This document shows, one piece after another, positions 44,669-56,300 of a DNA stretch of 59,756 nucleotides; the stretch's first letter is position 1, and each line of letters begins with the position of its first letter. Both the position numbers and the translations under genes were made by a program. The notes below the pieces were generated by a model. That model ran no database searches. It had not been told where the DNA came from and saw only the letters and a list, made by a program, of their open reading frames with translations. Source of the stretch: a virus (lineage: Duplodnaviria; Caudoviricetes); IMG/VR virus record IMGVR_UViG_3300029787_000037, positions 1 through 59,756 of that record; one strand, 5' to 3'.

Positions 44669-47600
44669 TGGCTGAGATGAATGATCAGTTGTTTAGCAAC
44701 CCTACAAACAGGGATGCGGTAGACAGTCTTAACCAAGCCCAGCGCGATATGATGGACTTGACGGCGAAGCCGCCTAAGACGATGGACGAGATCCGTAGTT
44801 TTATGGCTCCTCAGCGCGGCATGTTTGGGCAAGAACAACCATCTCAAATGTTATCTGGCCTTGCTGACATTGCAGCCCAGTTCCCGAATGATGCGCCCCT
44901 CGCACCGGAAGGGCAGAACCATAACTTGTCTGCTGATACGGATAGTTTCACAGATAGCTTTGGTGAGGCTTTCTCTCAAGGGTGGGCGGATGTGCATTTT
45001 GGTGCATCTCTTATTACGGGAGATGACGACACCAACATGATGTCGTTGGAGCAAAAGTTCCAACGCATGAAGGATGGTCTGGATATACCTCCTGAGAAAT
45101 GGACACCGGAAGCGGAGACCTTTAGCGAGGGCTTAGGTCAAATGTTTACGGGTAAGCACCGCTTCTTTGACACCGACTACTGGGGCAACTTTGCTGGGGG
45201 AACTGCCCCAAGCATTATGACAATGCTTACAGGTGCTGGTATAGGTGCTGGGGGTGGAGCCTTGGTCGGCGGCATCGGCGCAGTACCTGGCGCGATTGGT
45301 GGTGGTGTCGTCGGTTCCGGTAGCGGTGTAGCTTTACAAACCCTTGGGTCTACCATGACCGAAGCCTATAAGGCTTACAGAGAGCAAGGTAAATCTGTCA
45401 AAGAAGCGTTTCAGATGGCGAGGTCTGTCGCCAACGTAGACGCTATGAAGTCGGGAGCGATTGCCAGTATTGCTACCTTGATTGCCCCTGCCCGTGTTGT
45501 GGCGGGATCGGCTGGAAGTATGGTCCCACGCCTGACTTATGCGGCACCCGCTGGCGGTACTACAGCCAAAACATTAGGCGCACAATTTTTACAACAATCT
45601 TTAGTTATTCAACCAAGTCTGGAAGTTAGTGATGTCGTCAGTTCTAATAGTATTGCTGCAAATTCTTTTGACCCCAATCGTACTTTAACCCAAGGCTCCA
45701 TCGATGCCTTTGTGGGTAGCGTCTTTTTTGATCTACCAACAACGGCTGGCGGTGTCGCCGTTCAGTATGCGAAGAGACGTAGACCTCTTGGTGAAGATCG
45801 ACAGATCGAATACAAGCCAGCGTTTGATGACCCAGAGGTTGAGACCGAGGCACCGCCAGAGGCTAGCCCGACCTTAGCCCTCCCTGATTACACGCCTCGT
45901 TTTAATCCCGTCCAACAAGAAGACGGTAGCTGGACTATCGTAGACAAAGATGAGGCCCCAGGTCCGAAGAGTGCGTTCATTGCACCTGAGACCTACCAGA
46001 TGCTGAGTGTGAGGTTAAGTGAACTCTATAAGATTCAGACAGCCGCCGTTGAAAAAGTAAACAAGGCGAAAAACCCGACTGAGCAAGCCCTGGAGAAGAT
46101 CGAAGAAACCCGTCAACAAATCCAGACAATCCTCGACCAGATGGAAGGGAAGGTTCAGCCTGTAGACACTGCTACTGATCCAGAGCTTATCTTCGATACT
46201 GAAGCACAGGCACAAGAGGCCGCTGACAGTCGTAATGAGTTTGCTGACTCCTCATGGAAATCTCCATACTTCCCCGACAGTAAGAGCGGTAGAGCACAGT
46301 TTGTCCAAGAACAGATAGAGCGCATCACCGCACTGGACGCACGTAACAGAGAGCGTCAACAGACTTACACGGGTAGTGAGAAGGTAAACACAGCCATCGG
46401 TTTCTTCCGGTATCTCGGAGAGGCAGACAGAATTATCGCTGAGATAGACAGTCTGCCAGTCGAACAACGTAACACTGCAAAGAACCAATCTCTCTACGCT
46501 GACGCCAAGGAACGATTGGCGTTACTCAAGATGATCATGGACCCTGTCCAGAATGTGATGATCCCTCAATTTATCTTTGAGACGAAGGGTACGTTCTATC
46601 GGGTGCAGATGGAGAACGGACGACCAGTTCGTCCTACTAATCCAAAGACAGGTGCGGTTATGCCAAACCACATTACTGTCTACGACCCTGCATCAAAGAC
46701 AGGTGTTCGGAATGTCGCTGTTACAAGTGGCGACTTGTCAGACAGTGGTGTCCCCGTCCCCACAAATATGCTGACCACGGCTGATGTGTACGCACGGTTA
46801 AAGGAAGCAAAGCGTAGGTATGAACAGACGCTTCTACAGATTGAAGACCAGACTGATCTGACAGCGGAACAAGCTACCCAGGCAGAAGCTGCCGAGACCC
46901 GCGAAGCAGATGCAGCACAACGCGAAGGTTTCCAAGCAAAGACATCCGAGATCAGGGACCGACAAGATCGTGCGGAGATCGGAGAGTACCTACGCGATCA
47001 AGCTGGTGAGAACGAAACGATAGCTTTGGATGATAGGTCACCAGACGCACCACGGACGGCAGACCCTGCAATACTGGAAGAGGCAGCGGCTCCAAACGAG
47101 TGGGCTACGGCAGAAGTAGACCAAGGTCCTCAAGCTGAGATGACGGAAGCTGACATCAAGTTTGCCCGTCAGACTGTGGTGGATCGGGTCTTGGCTTTTG
47201 TCCCCGAGGAAAGCCGCTCCCGTGTTCGCAAAATCTTAGAGATGTGGGCAGATGCCTTGGGGCCAGAGTTCAACTCTGTCCGAGTTATGGACATTGCAGA
47301 GTGGATCGCCCAGGTAAGGCCCGATACTCCCGCTGGAACCGCCGCTGTATTCCACCAGTTTGTGAATGGAATGGACGGTAAGCTAGAGCGGATCATTGCT
47401 CTGAGTTCTGACAGGGATACCACTAGCCTACTCACCGACTTCACCCACGAACTGGTTCACCTGGCAGTACAGCTAAAGAAGCTACCCGAAGCTGGGATGT
47501 TGGATTGGTATCGTCAGCTACCGTCAGACAATTACCACAAGGCGTTTATTGAGAACGATCCCGTCTATAGCCAAGAGACCGAAGCCGTTAAGGCCGAAGA

Positions 47601-50600
47601 AGCTATGGCGATGATCTTGTCTGAGATGTCTACCCGCCGCTATACCGGACGGTTACAGAACGAGAGTGGTTTCCAGTATCTGATGCGTCAGGTCATACGT
47701 CTCTTCAACGAGATGTACGAAGGTTTCACTGGCACCAATATGGTCAATCGCTTCTTAGATAACATCGCGTCTTATGGTGTGGATGTTGAAGCGAAGAACC
47801 CCTTCGACACATATCGTTATGACGATATAGTGGATGATCCCCGCCTTAACTTCGATGACCTCGACCTGAAGAATGATCCCCGTCTGAACTTCAGTGACCT
47901 TGAGTTATTGAATGATCCTCGCCGCGAGACTGTTCGCTATTCTCGTATCAACGATAAGAACCCCCTCGGCGGTGGAAAGATCGGCTTGGTCTACGATGCA
48001 ATGCCCGAGGAGCAAGCCCCTAAGAAGACCCGCCGCGTCTACAAACTTATGAAGCTGATGGGGCGCAAGGGTCTCTTGTTCCCCTTATATGCAAAAGCCC
48101 GTACTGGTCCTACGTCCCGAGAGAGCCAAGGCTTCACGATAGGCGATTGGTTCAAAGCGGAATACCAGCGTCCTGTTATTGGACAAGAGCTAGCTCCCCG
48201 TTCCGGTATCCACTCGCTAGGTAATCCTGTATTTGATCAGGGTAAGGTCCTAGCCGAAAACGAGACCCGTATTTGGGTAGAAGCGGAAATCCCCGTTATA
48301 TCCAAAGCCACGCAACAGGAATCAGATAGTTCTCCTGATGCTGGGAACGGGCAACGTGAAGGTATTCGCAATAGATTACTCCGTGCCGATGAGAGTTATG
48401 ACTTTAAGACAAATGAGTCGGCCTCTCCCGCAGCGGGGACATGGCCCATCTCTGGCTCGTTTAGGATCACTAAGGTTCTTGGTGATGAGACAGTAGGTAA
48501 GATCCTCCAAGATTCGGGGCTAGAAGAATTTGTTGAGGCGTCACGTTCCAATGTGTCTGATGCCGATGCAGCCGCTCTAGTTCAAGATGCAGAAACCGTG
48601 GCAGAGGCGGTACGGAACGCCGAAGATGTCACGCCGTTTGAACCTTACGTTGACCCCAAGGATGCCACCCTTGCTCGGGTCAGAGAGAACGCCCAAGCCG
48701 AAGTTATACGGTATAGTCGGATACCCGAGGACCGCAGGGCAACTAGGTCAAAACCTCAAGGACAACCACAAGAACATTCCGATGGTAGGTCCTATAAAGA
48801 GCAAGACCTCACGGCGACTTCAGCCAGCATCAACACACTTAACTTCAATGTGAAAGACCTGTGGCGGGAAGTTGTTGAGAGCTACGGACCATCAGGCCAA
48901 CTCCTCCTAGACATACTAGCGTCTAAGAATGGGGGTAAGACAGTCGAGCCAAGAGAGAACGCTTTCTGGCTCAGAGCCTTGAAGTTACCTGACCGCGCTC
49001 GGTTCTGGTATGAAATCTCCAGTGAGCGTTTTGCCCAAATTTTCAGGTCCTTTAACGACTCAGCTTTTGTGGCAAAAATAATCGATCTGGTAGCGGCGAC
49101 CTCTGTTCAGGCTGGTCCCCTTGATAACCTCCTCCGAACTGTCTCTGTGTTAGCAGAGCATGTTCAGGATCGTCCGGTAATGACTGACCTCACAGACAAG
49201 GGCCAAGGGGCAGGGGTCAACAAGGCTTTGTCTGAAGATAACTTGTCTGGAGACAAGACAGGTAACTTCGCTGGCACGATGAATTACCTGATGGGTCTCA
49301 TAGACACAGTGCCTTTGTCTACCAATGACAGACAAGTCGCCGTGTACTTCAATACTAGTGGCGAGCTTATAGCTGGCGCACCAAAGTTGGGACTGGATGC
49401 TGACGGTAATAAAGTCGAATTGCCTAGCTTCTACGACATGATCTCAGAGTTCCATATCCGCTTACGGGATCGTCTCAATGCCGAGTTGCCCATCGATGCC
49501 GAACCTTTTGAGACTTGGCAGCTACAAGCACTTGGTTGGGTACAGATACGTGCAGAGCTTAATGCCAAGAAGGGCGATGTCAGCGGATATGATGATTATG
49601 ACCAAGTCATCGATGAGGTATTCAGAAGGCTAGACAAGGCTGGTGTTGATGTAAGCTCCGGTGAGTTGTCTCCCAGTGTCCTCCGCGATCCGAAAGTACC
49701 TTTCGCCCTACGCGATACGATGAGGGCTTTCGTTACAAGTCCCACGGGGACAGTCGAGACAATTACTCGTAACACTCCTGTCGGCAAGATCTATAGCGCA
49801 GTCACAGGCATAATGAAGGACATGGGTGGCACAACCACAGTGCTCAAGACGGTTGATGCCATTAACAAACGTCCGATCAACAACCTTGCGCGAAGAAAAG
49901 CTAAGAACCCATCGATAGTCTCTAAGCTCGTATCGGTCATCACAGACAAGAAGACGGACGTTTCGAGGCTCGGTGTTGGCACGGGGACCTTCCAGGGCGA
50001 AGCTAACTACAACCTTCGTATCCCTTTAATGGCTCTAGACACAGAGCAACGCGGTGTCTTCTTGTCTATTCTTGGCAGTCATCTCAGACAAAGTTCGATG
50101 GCGGCACACCAATTACATCAAGCGGAGCCTGGATCTACTCCACAGCCTGGAATGAAGAGAACATTCCGTATCTTCGTGTCTAACGTGGATCGTGATCTCG
50201 TCAATCAAAACGATCTTGCTACGTTTAGCAGAGAACTTGGTATTGAGATGGCGGCACAAAGAGTTGCTAACGGTAATGTCATAGACATATTGGTTGGTAA
50301 CTACGAAGGGACTTTGTCTGAGCAGACAGTTTCTGCTGCTTTGAGAAAGACGGATTTGCCAGACAAGGGAGAGATTTTTGTCTACCCGATGGATTTCTTG
50401 TCTGAGACAGGGGACTATGTACAGGCAAACGTAGATACCGAACAGGATTACGACTATAATCAGAATTACGAGAACTTCATTAAAGGAGTGAAGAATGGCA
50501 CGATCTCGGAAATCGAAAGCCTCGACCCCCGCATCACCAGACGCGAAGCCCGATCTTTCGTCAGCAAAGACCATGAGAACCTCACCCGCGCCGAAACAGA

Positions 50601-53325
50601 CAGTGAAGGCAAAACCACAAGAAAAGCCCTTCCCGACTCTGTCAATAAAAGAGCGCAGCGAATTAGGGCTAAATACCGAACCCGAATTACTGATCTCCGT
50701 AAGGTAGAAGCAGAGGCCCAAGCTCTCTTCGCGCAACAGGAAGTTGAGCAACTACAGTTCCTAGAGGAAAACCTCGCAAAGATTTGGCCCAAGCTAAATC
50801 GTAAACAGCAAGAGGCCCTGTCCCAAGAGTTCTCTCTTGATCCTTCTTTGGATCGCCCTGATGAGAACATCGAACAGATTATTGCTGACGCGAGAGAGAA
50901 TGTTATCCGTTACAGTCGGATAAATTCAGATCCCAATATAAGTGTCACCCGCAAGAAACGGATTATGAATTGGTGGTCGAGACGTTATTTGTCTGCCGTC
51001 TTCACAGGCAGTGCAAAACGTGTACGTCAACTTGCCAAGAACACAAGAGCGGGTTTCAAACTGGCTAACATATTAGACCGTGATCAGTTCGCGTACACAG
51101 GCGTTAAAGAGCACGGCATCATAGAAGAGGACGTACACGGTCAGATAGAGGAAATGTCTGCACGGTACTCCAACGCTTACGCTCAGATACTGCGCGGCCT
51201 ATCAAACGCACAGATTAAACAGATCCCTGACCTGATGCGGGGCAAAGACAAATACTTTGATCAAGCGACGAACCGTTGGATCGTTCCCTTGAAAGGGTTC
51301 CCCGCTGCCAAAGCGAGGGCAATGCGCCAGCTTATGGATATGGTCTGGGCTGACATTGAGAAAGTCTACGCAGATCAGGGCATGGCTCCTCCCCAGAAGT
51401 TGCGAAACTATTTCCCACAGCGTTACAAGCTGGAGGGACAGAAGCATGACATGGAAACTGACCAAGCCTTCCGTTACTTCTTGGCCTCAGTCTTTGCTGA
51501 TCCAACAGATCCTAATGGTTCGGTTGAAAACTCATTAGCCAGCGCAGACAAAATTCTAAGCAAGATTAAGGAAGAAGGGTTCCAGCCTATCTGGGGTAAT
51601 GACGTTGCTCCGATGGACCCTGACCAAGATGTGACCCGTCCATATCAGCTTACACCTTACGAGATGAGACGGATGATTAATATTGATCCGTACACAAAGT
51701 TTGATGTGGCTCTACCTGATGGTCGGACAGTGAAGATGTCGCTGGTTGATTTCCTCGACAATGACACAGGCACCGTCCTGAACGGTTATATGCTGAACAT
51801 GGCGAGACGCTTAATCTTTGCCAGACGCTTCGGTGTTAACGGTCACTTCGTTAGGAACATAGTCGATGAGTTCCAGAAAGACGCCATAGGGAAAGTCCTC
51901 CGTGATGTAGACGGTAACCCGATCCGTGGTGAGATTGATCAGGAACTAATTGCTGAAGGTAAAGCACCTCTGACCGCTGGGGAAAGAAAGGATATTCTAA
52001 ACCTAGTGCGCTTGAACATGGGCCTCGCCAAACCTCTCCGCAAAGGCTTAGGTGACACCTTCGGTGCTATGAAGTTCTTCGGCAATTTGACCCTACTGTC
52101 CCTCGCTACAATTCAGTCTTTAGCAGAACCGCTGTTGATCGGGTCAAGACTTGGCTTGTTCCCAATGCTCATTGGTATGCGGACACAGATGCATGAGCTT
52201 CTAAGAGTGCCTGTCAAATTAGCTCGGGCTGGATATCGGACTATGGCAGACGGGCCGCAGCCGACAACCCGTGATAAGTTCAAAAGATTCCGTGAGCATT
52301 ATGGGTATGACCAGACTGATGTGAAGATGTTTGCTAAGGATCTCGGCATCATCTTTGAGAATATGCAATACGTCCTACAGAACTCCGTCGAGGATGTATC
52401 CTATGTCCGCTGGGATAAACTGAACAATGTCTTCTTCCGAAGCATCTTGCTTCAGCCTCTTACAGAGATGCAACAGACAGCCGCTCTCTCGGCAAGTATG
52501 ACTTCTCTCCGAAGCTGGAGAAAGAAAGCCAGCAACGGTAGCCAACGTCACCTTCGGTATCTGCAAGAGGTCGGGCTTACCTTACAAGACGTAGCAGACT
52601 TTGACATCGATGCACCGATGGATACCGCCAACGCAAAAGTCCGAGCGGCTCTTCGTCAGATGAACCGTGAGATCATCATGGCTCCTGATGCTGGACGAAA
52701 GCCTGGGTGGATGAGTGATCCAAGGTTCCAGCTAATCTCACATATCAAGACTTGGATATTCACCTTCAACAACACGGTGCTCCAACGGTCTTGGCGAGAG
52801 TTGGGTAAAGGAAACCCGATGCCCCTAATGTACTTGGCTGGTTTCGGACTTGCTAACGCAATGCTGTATGAGTGGCGAGAGTGGATGCGGTATGGAGACG
52901 AGGGTAACCCATACATGAACCGTATTGGTATGGGTAAAGATAACCCGCATCGTCTTTTGTATGTTGCTTTTGAGCGCGGCGGTCTGTTCGGGCCAACACA
53001 ATATGCTTTGGATATGGTGTTAGGTAGTCGGATCGGTTCCGATAGCGGGATAGTAGGAACACTTGCTCCTAGTTTGAACATTGCAGATCGGATCATCATG
53101 GGTATAGCGACAGCCGCGAATATCCCAGCTTCCGAGAACAAGGCTCGTACAACCAGAAAAGCCCTCGACCATCTCTCAAGAGCGGTCCCCGTTCTCAATG
53201 CGATGGGACAATATAGGGCCGAAGCTGTGAATAAGATATCCGGTTACACCCCAGGACAGAGGCGTAAGAAATCTAAGGGTAGATACTCTAGTAGTAGAGA
53301 CTATTCGTCCAGCCGAGGTAAGTAA
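44668..53325 (+). CDS. Giant polyvalent internal virion (ejection) protein, 2885 aa
   Basis: N-terminal Gly-rich hydrophobic region, HELVH metallopeptidase motif, three RYSRI linkers, NYFPQRY and C-terminal helical region. Confidence 0.8.
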   Translation: MAEMNDQLFSNPTNRDAVDSLNQAQRDMMDLTAKPPKTMDEIRSFMAPQRGMFGQEQPSQMLSGLADIAAQFPNDAPLAPEGQNHNLSADTDSFTDSFGEAFSQGWADVHFGASLITGDDDTNMMSLEQKFQRMKDGLDIPPEKWTPEAETFSEGLGQMFTGKHRFFDTDYWGNFAGGTAPSIMTMLTGAGIGAGGGALVGGIGAVPGAIGGGVVGSGSGVALQTLGSTMTEAYKAYREQGKSVKEAFQMARSVANVDAMKSGAIASIATLIAPARVVAGSAGSMVPRLTYAAPAGGTTAKTLGAQFLQQSLVIQPSLEVSDVVSSNSIAANSFDPNRTLTQGSIDAFVGSVFFDLPTTAGGVAVQYAKRRRPLGEDRQIEYKPAFDDPEVETEAPPEASPTLALPDYTPRFNPVQQEDGSWTIVDKDEAPGPKSAFIAPETYQMLSVRLSELYKIQTAAVEKVNKAKNPTEQALEKIEETRQQIQTILDQMEGKVQPVDTATDPELIFDTEAQAQEAADSRNEFADSSWKSPYFPDSKSGRAQFVQEQIERITALDARNRERQQTYTGSEKVNTAIGFFRYLGEADRIIAEIDSLPVEQRNTAKNQSLYADAKERLALLKMIMDPVQNVMIPQFIFETKGTFYRVQMENGRPVRPTNPKTGAVMPNHITVYDPASKTGVRNVAVTSGDLSDSGVPVPTNMLTTADVYARLKEAKRRYEQTLLQIEDQTDLTAEQATQAEAAETREADAAQREGFQAKTSEIRDRQDRAEIGEYLRDQAGENETIALDDRSPDAPRTADPAILEEAAAPNEWATAEVDQGPQAEMTEADIKFARQTVVDRVLAFVPEESRSRVRKILEMWADALGPEFNSVRVMDIAEWIAQVRPDTPAGTAAVFHQFVNGMDGKLERIIALSSDRDTTSLLTDFTHELVHLAVQLKKLPEAGMLDWYRQLPSDNYHKAFIENDPVYSQETEAVKAEEAMAMILSEMSTRRYTGRLQNESGFQYLMRQVIRLFNEMYEGFTGTNMVNRFLDNIASYGVDVEAKNPFDTYRYDDIVDDPRLNFDDLDLKNDPRLNFSDLELLNDPRRETVRYSRINDKNPLGGGKIGLVYDAMPEEQAPKKTRRVYKLMKLMGRKGLLFPLYAKARTGPTSRESQGFTIGDWFKAEYQRPVIGQELAPRSGIHSLGNPVFDQGKVLAENETRIWVEAEIPVISKATQQESDSSPDAGNGQREGIRNRLLRADESYDFKTNESASPAAGTWPISGSFRITKVLGDETVGKILQDSGLEEFVEASRSNVSDADAAALVQDAETVAEAVRNAEDVTPFEPYVDPKDATLARVRENAQAEVIRYSRIPEDRRATRSKPQGQPQEHSDGRSYKEQDLTATSASINTLNFNVKDLWREVVESYGPSGQLLLDILASKNGGKTVEPRENAFWLRALKLPDRARFWYEISSERFAQIFRSFNDSAFVAKIIDLVAATSVQAGPLDNLLRTVSVLAEHVQDRPVMTDLTDKGQGAGVNKALSEDNLSGDKTGNFAGTMNYLMGLIDTVPLSTNDRQVAVYFNTSGELIAGAPKLGLDADGNKVELPSFYDMISEFHIRLRDRLNAELPIDAEPFETWQLQALGWVQIRAELNAKKGDVSGYDDYDQVIDEVFRRLDKAGVDVSSGELSPSVLRDPKVPFALRDTMRAFVTSPTGTVETITRNTPVGKIYSAVTGIMKDMGGTTTVLKTVDAINKRPINNLARRKAKNPSIVSKLVSVITDKKTDVSRLGVGTGTFQGEANYNLRIPLMALDTEQRGVFLSILGSHLRQSSMAAHQLHQAEPGSTPQPGMKRTFRIFVSNVDRDLVNQNDLATFSRELGIEMAAQRVANGNVIDILVGNYEGTLSEQTVSAALRKTDLPDKGEIFVYPMDFLSETGDYVQANVDTEQDYDYNQNYENFIKGVKNGTISEIESLDPRITRREARSFVSKDHENLTRAETDSEGKTTRKALPDSVNKRAQRIRAKYRTRITDLRKVEAEAQALFAQQEVEQLQFLEENLAKIWPKLNRKQQEALSQEFSLDPSLDRPDENIEQIIADARENVIRYSRINSDPNISVTRKKRIMNWWSRRYLSAVFTGSAKRVRQLAKNTRAGFKLANILDRDQFAYTGVKEHGIIEEDVHGQIEEMSARYSNAYAQILRGLSNAQIKQIPDLMRGKDKYFDQATNRWIVPLKGFPAAKARAMRQLMDMVWADIEKVYADQGMAPPQKLRNYFPQRYKLEGQKHDMETDQAFRYFLASVFADPTDPNGSVENSLASADKILSKIKEEGFQPIWGNDVAPMDPDQDVTRPYQLTPYEMRRMINIDPYTKFDVALPDGRTVKMSLVDFLDNDTGTVLNGYMLNMARRLIFARRFGVNGHFVRNIVDEFQKDAIGKVLRDVDGNPIRGEIDQELIAEGKAPLTAGERKDILNLVRLNMGLAKPLRKGLGDTFGAMKFFGNLTLLSLATIQSLAEPLLIGSRLGLFPMLIGMRTQMHELLRVPVKLARAGYRTMADGPQPTTRDKFKRFREHYGYDQTDVKMFAKDLGIIFENMQYVLQNSVEDVSYVRWDKLNNVFFRSILLQPLTEMQQTAALSASMTSLRSWRKKASNGSQRHLRYLQEVGLTLQDVADFDIDAPMDTANAKVRAALRQMNREIIMAPDAGRKPGWMSDPRFQLISHIKTWIFTFNNTVLQRSWRELGKGNPMPLMYLAGFGLANAMLYEWREWMRYGDEGNPYMNRIGMGKDNPHRLLYVAFERGGLFGPTQYALDMVLGSRIGSDSGIVGTLAPSLNIADRIIMGIATAANIPASENKARTTRKALDHLSRAVPVLNAMGQYRAEAVNKISGYTPGQRRKKSKGRYSSSRDYSSSRGK

Positions 53326-53327
53326 GC

Positions 53328-56300
53328 ATGGCTATCAAGACAACTCGGTACGGCACCAGTAATGAGATACCTCCACTAGCAAGCCCCCTTGAAACGGGGA
53401 AGACGGTCACTTTCCCTTACAAGGCGTCTGATAGTCAGAGCCAGATGTCCACGGCTGGGGGTGTCCACCTGATGATCATTGAAGGTGGGCGTCTCATATT
53501 CACTGATGACAATAACACTTTCTTACCGACTTTTAATGCCAGTGATATCACGATCACATGGAAGCACCCGTTCCACCGTGTGGACTATAAAGATGAGGTT
53601 GTCTTTATCTTTAACGCCTTCGCTAAGGAGAGCGAGGGCATGGTTCACTTTCGGTATGTGGCGACGGGGGGACAAACCACATTCTCTGGCGCGGATGCTG
53701 ATGGCAACACCTTGGCTTACTCTGTGGCAGACGCTGTGCAAGTGTTCAAGAATGGAGCCTATCTCCCCCAGACAGATTACACTGCAACCAGTCTTACCAG
53801 TGTCGTCCTAAACTCGGGTGCTTCGGTATCAGACACCATAACCATCTGGGCCTTACAGAACTTAGTTGATCAGACAGACCTCGTAACTGCCATCAACAGT
53901 TCTAGTGCTTCCGCAACTGCCGCCGCAACCTCAGCAACAAATGCCAGTAACGATGCGGACGATGCGGAGAAGTGGGCTAACCACAACTTCAATACGTTAT
54001 TTACTCTTAGTGATGGCGTCACCACAGGTTATTCGGCAAAATCTAGGTCCACAGATGCCCAAAGATTTGCCGAACATCCAGTGAATACGACCTTCGGCAT
54101 CACTGGGGAAAACACCTCAACGCATTATTCTGCGAAGCATTACGCAAATGCGGCCTCTAACTCCGCGACTTCCGCTGGCAACTCTGCGACCTCTGCGACA
54201 AACGATGCCGCCACAGCCGCCGCCGCCGCTGTCACGGCTCAAAATGCAATCGATGCATTCGAGGCAGTTTACATTGGAGCTTCAGCTACCGATCCAACTA
54301 CGGACCTTAATGGGAACGCCCTAACGGCGGGAGACCAATACTTTAATACAACGAGTAACAACCTCTACGTCTACACAGGTAGTGCATGGCAGATAGCGGG
54401 TAACCCGACTAACCTTGCTGGGCTAAATGACGTAGACAACTCTATGTCCCCCACGTCAGGACAGGTCCTTCAATATGATGGAACGGATTGGGATGCTGTC
54501 ACCATAAATGTGACAGGTACTCTGTCAGGGATGACGGATACAAATATCACCAGTGTCCAAGATGATCAGGTCCTTCAGTACGATAACGCGAGTAGTCAGT
54601 GGAAGAACGAGACACTAAACCTGACCACCACTTTGGCCTCTCTAACAGACACTACTATAAGTTCGCCCCAGAACGATCAAATCCTCCGCTATGACAGTTC
54701 GGATAGTAAGTGGAAGAATGAGATTGCTGGCTACCTTACAAGCTCTAACCCTCTTGCTTCTCTTAGTGATGTTGCGATGTACACAGCAAGCTCTGGGGAT
54801 GTCCTCGTATGGGACGGGAGTCAATGGGATGCTACCAGTGGTTATCTCACTACCGCCGTTACAAGTGTGGCAACAGGAACAGGCTTGAGCGGAGGACCCA
54901 TTACATCTACTGGAACTATTTCTTTAGCTGATACGGCTGTAACAGCAGCTAGCTACACAAATGCAGATATTACAGTAGATGCACAGGGTAGGATAACAGC
55001 AGCGAGCAACGGTACTAGTGGAGCTATAACAGCGTTAAATAACGCTACCGAAAATGAAATTGTTACCGTTGGTAGTACCACTACTGAACTTGATGCCGAG
55101 TCTAATTTAACCTTTGATGGTACTTTTCTTTCCGTCAATGCTTCTAGTGGAATATTATTACCTGACGGTAAGAAGTTAATTTGGGGTAATAGCGTATCTG
55201 GGGCTTCTTACATCGAAGGAAGTAAAGCAAGTGATTATTTAAAATTCTGGGTAAGCAGTGGATCTAATACGTCAAGCGCATCTTTGTACTTATATCAAGG
55301 TGAAGTAAAGCTACCTACTGCCGTCTCTCTAAAATTTGAGGGGGCTACATCTAATGCTTATGCCACAGAACTAACTGTTGTAGACCCGTCAGCTAATAAT
55401 GTCATAACACTGCCTAATGAAACTGGGACTGTATTAACTTCAGCTAGTCAATTAAGTACTCTATCAGATGTGTCTTACGCAGGACCTAGTGATGGAGATG
55501 TCCTAACTTGGGACAGCGGTAATCAAAGATGGGAAAATCAAACAGGCGGTGGTGGTTCTCTCGTAACTCTGACGGACACCAATTTAAACTCTCCAACAAA
55601 TAATCAGTTTATTCGTTATGACAGTGCCAACAGTCAGTGGAGAAACGAAAGTGTAACTATCCCGTCAACTATGACGGACTTTACTGATGTAAACAGTGCC
55701 ATGTCTCCGAGCACGGGAGATGTATTGTATTACACAGGAGCAGAATGGAGTGCGAGTGGCGACTTTCTTACTGGTAACGACAGTATTCAGAACCTCAATG
55801 ACGTAGCCGCAATGACCCCTTCCACTGGTGATCACCTCTACTATAACGGATCACAATGGACGGCATCTACAAACACACTCACAACCGCAAGCAGCCTCGA
55901 CAGCCTGTCTGATGTAAGTGCGTCATCCCCGTCAATGGATGAGGTATTAAAGTGGAATGGAAGTAATTGGACTAGTGGCACTGCCCCCAGCGGAAGTCTC
56001 CCTACTTTAACTGACGTAGCAATCTCCAGTCCTAATAATGAGCAAATCTTACAATACTCCAGCGTTAACTCTCAGTGGGAGAATAAGGCTCTTAGTGTGC
56101 CGATAGACTTAATTACTTCGGGATCACAGGCTACACTCTCTACCTCTTCTGGTTATATAAAGTTAGATGCACACACGTACTTAGACTTTGAATCAGACCA
56201 AGACATAACACTTGATCATGGCGGTTCGTATTACACGAAGTTTCAAGAGACAGGAACAGATTATCTCACCCTTCGTATAGACACTGATGTCCAATTCAAA

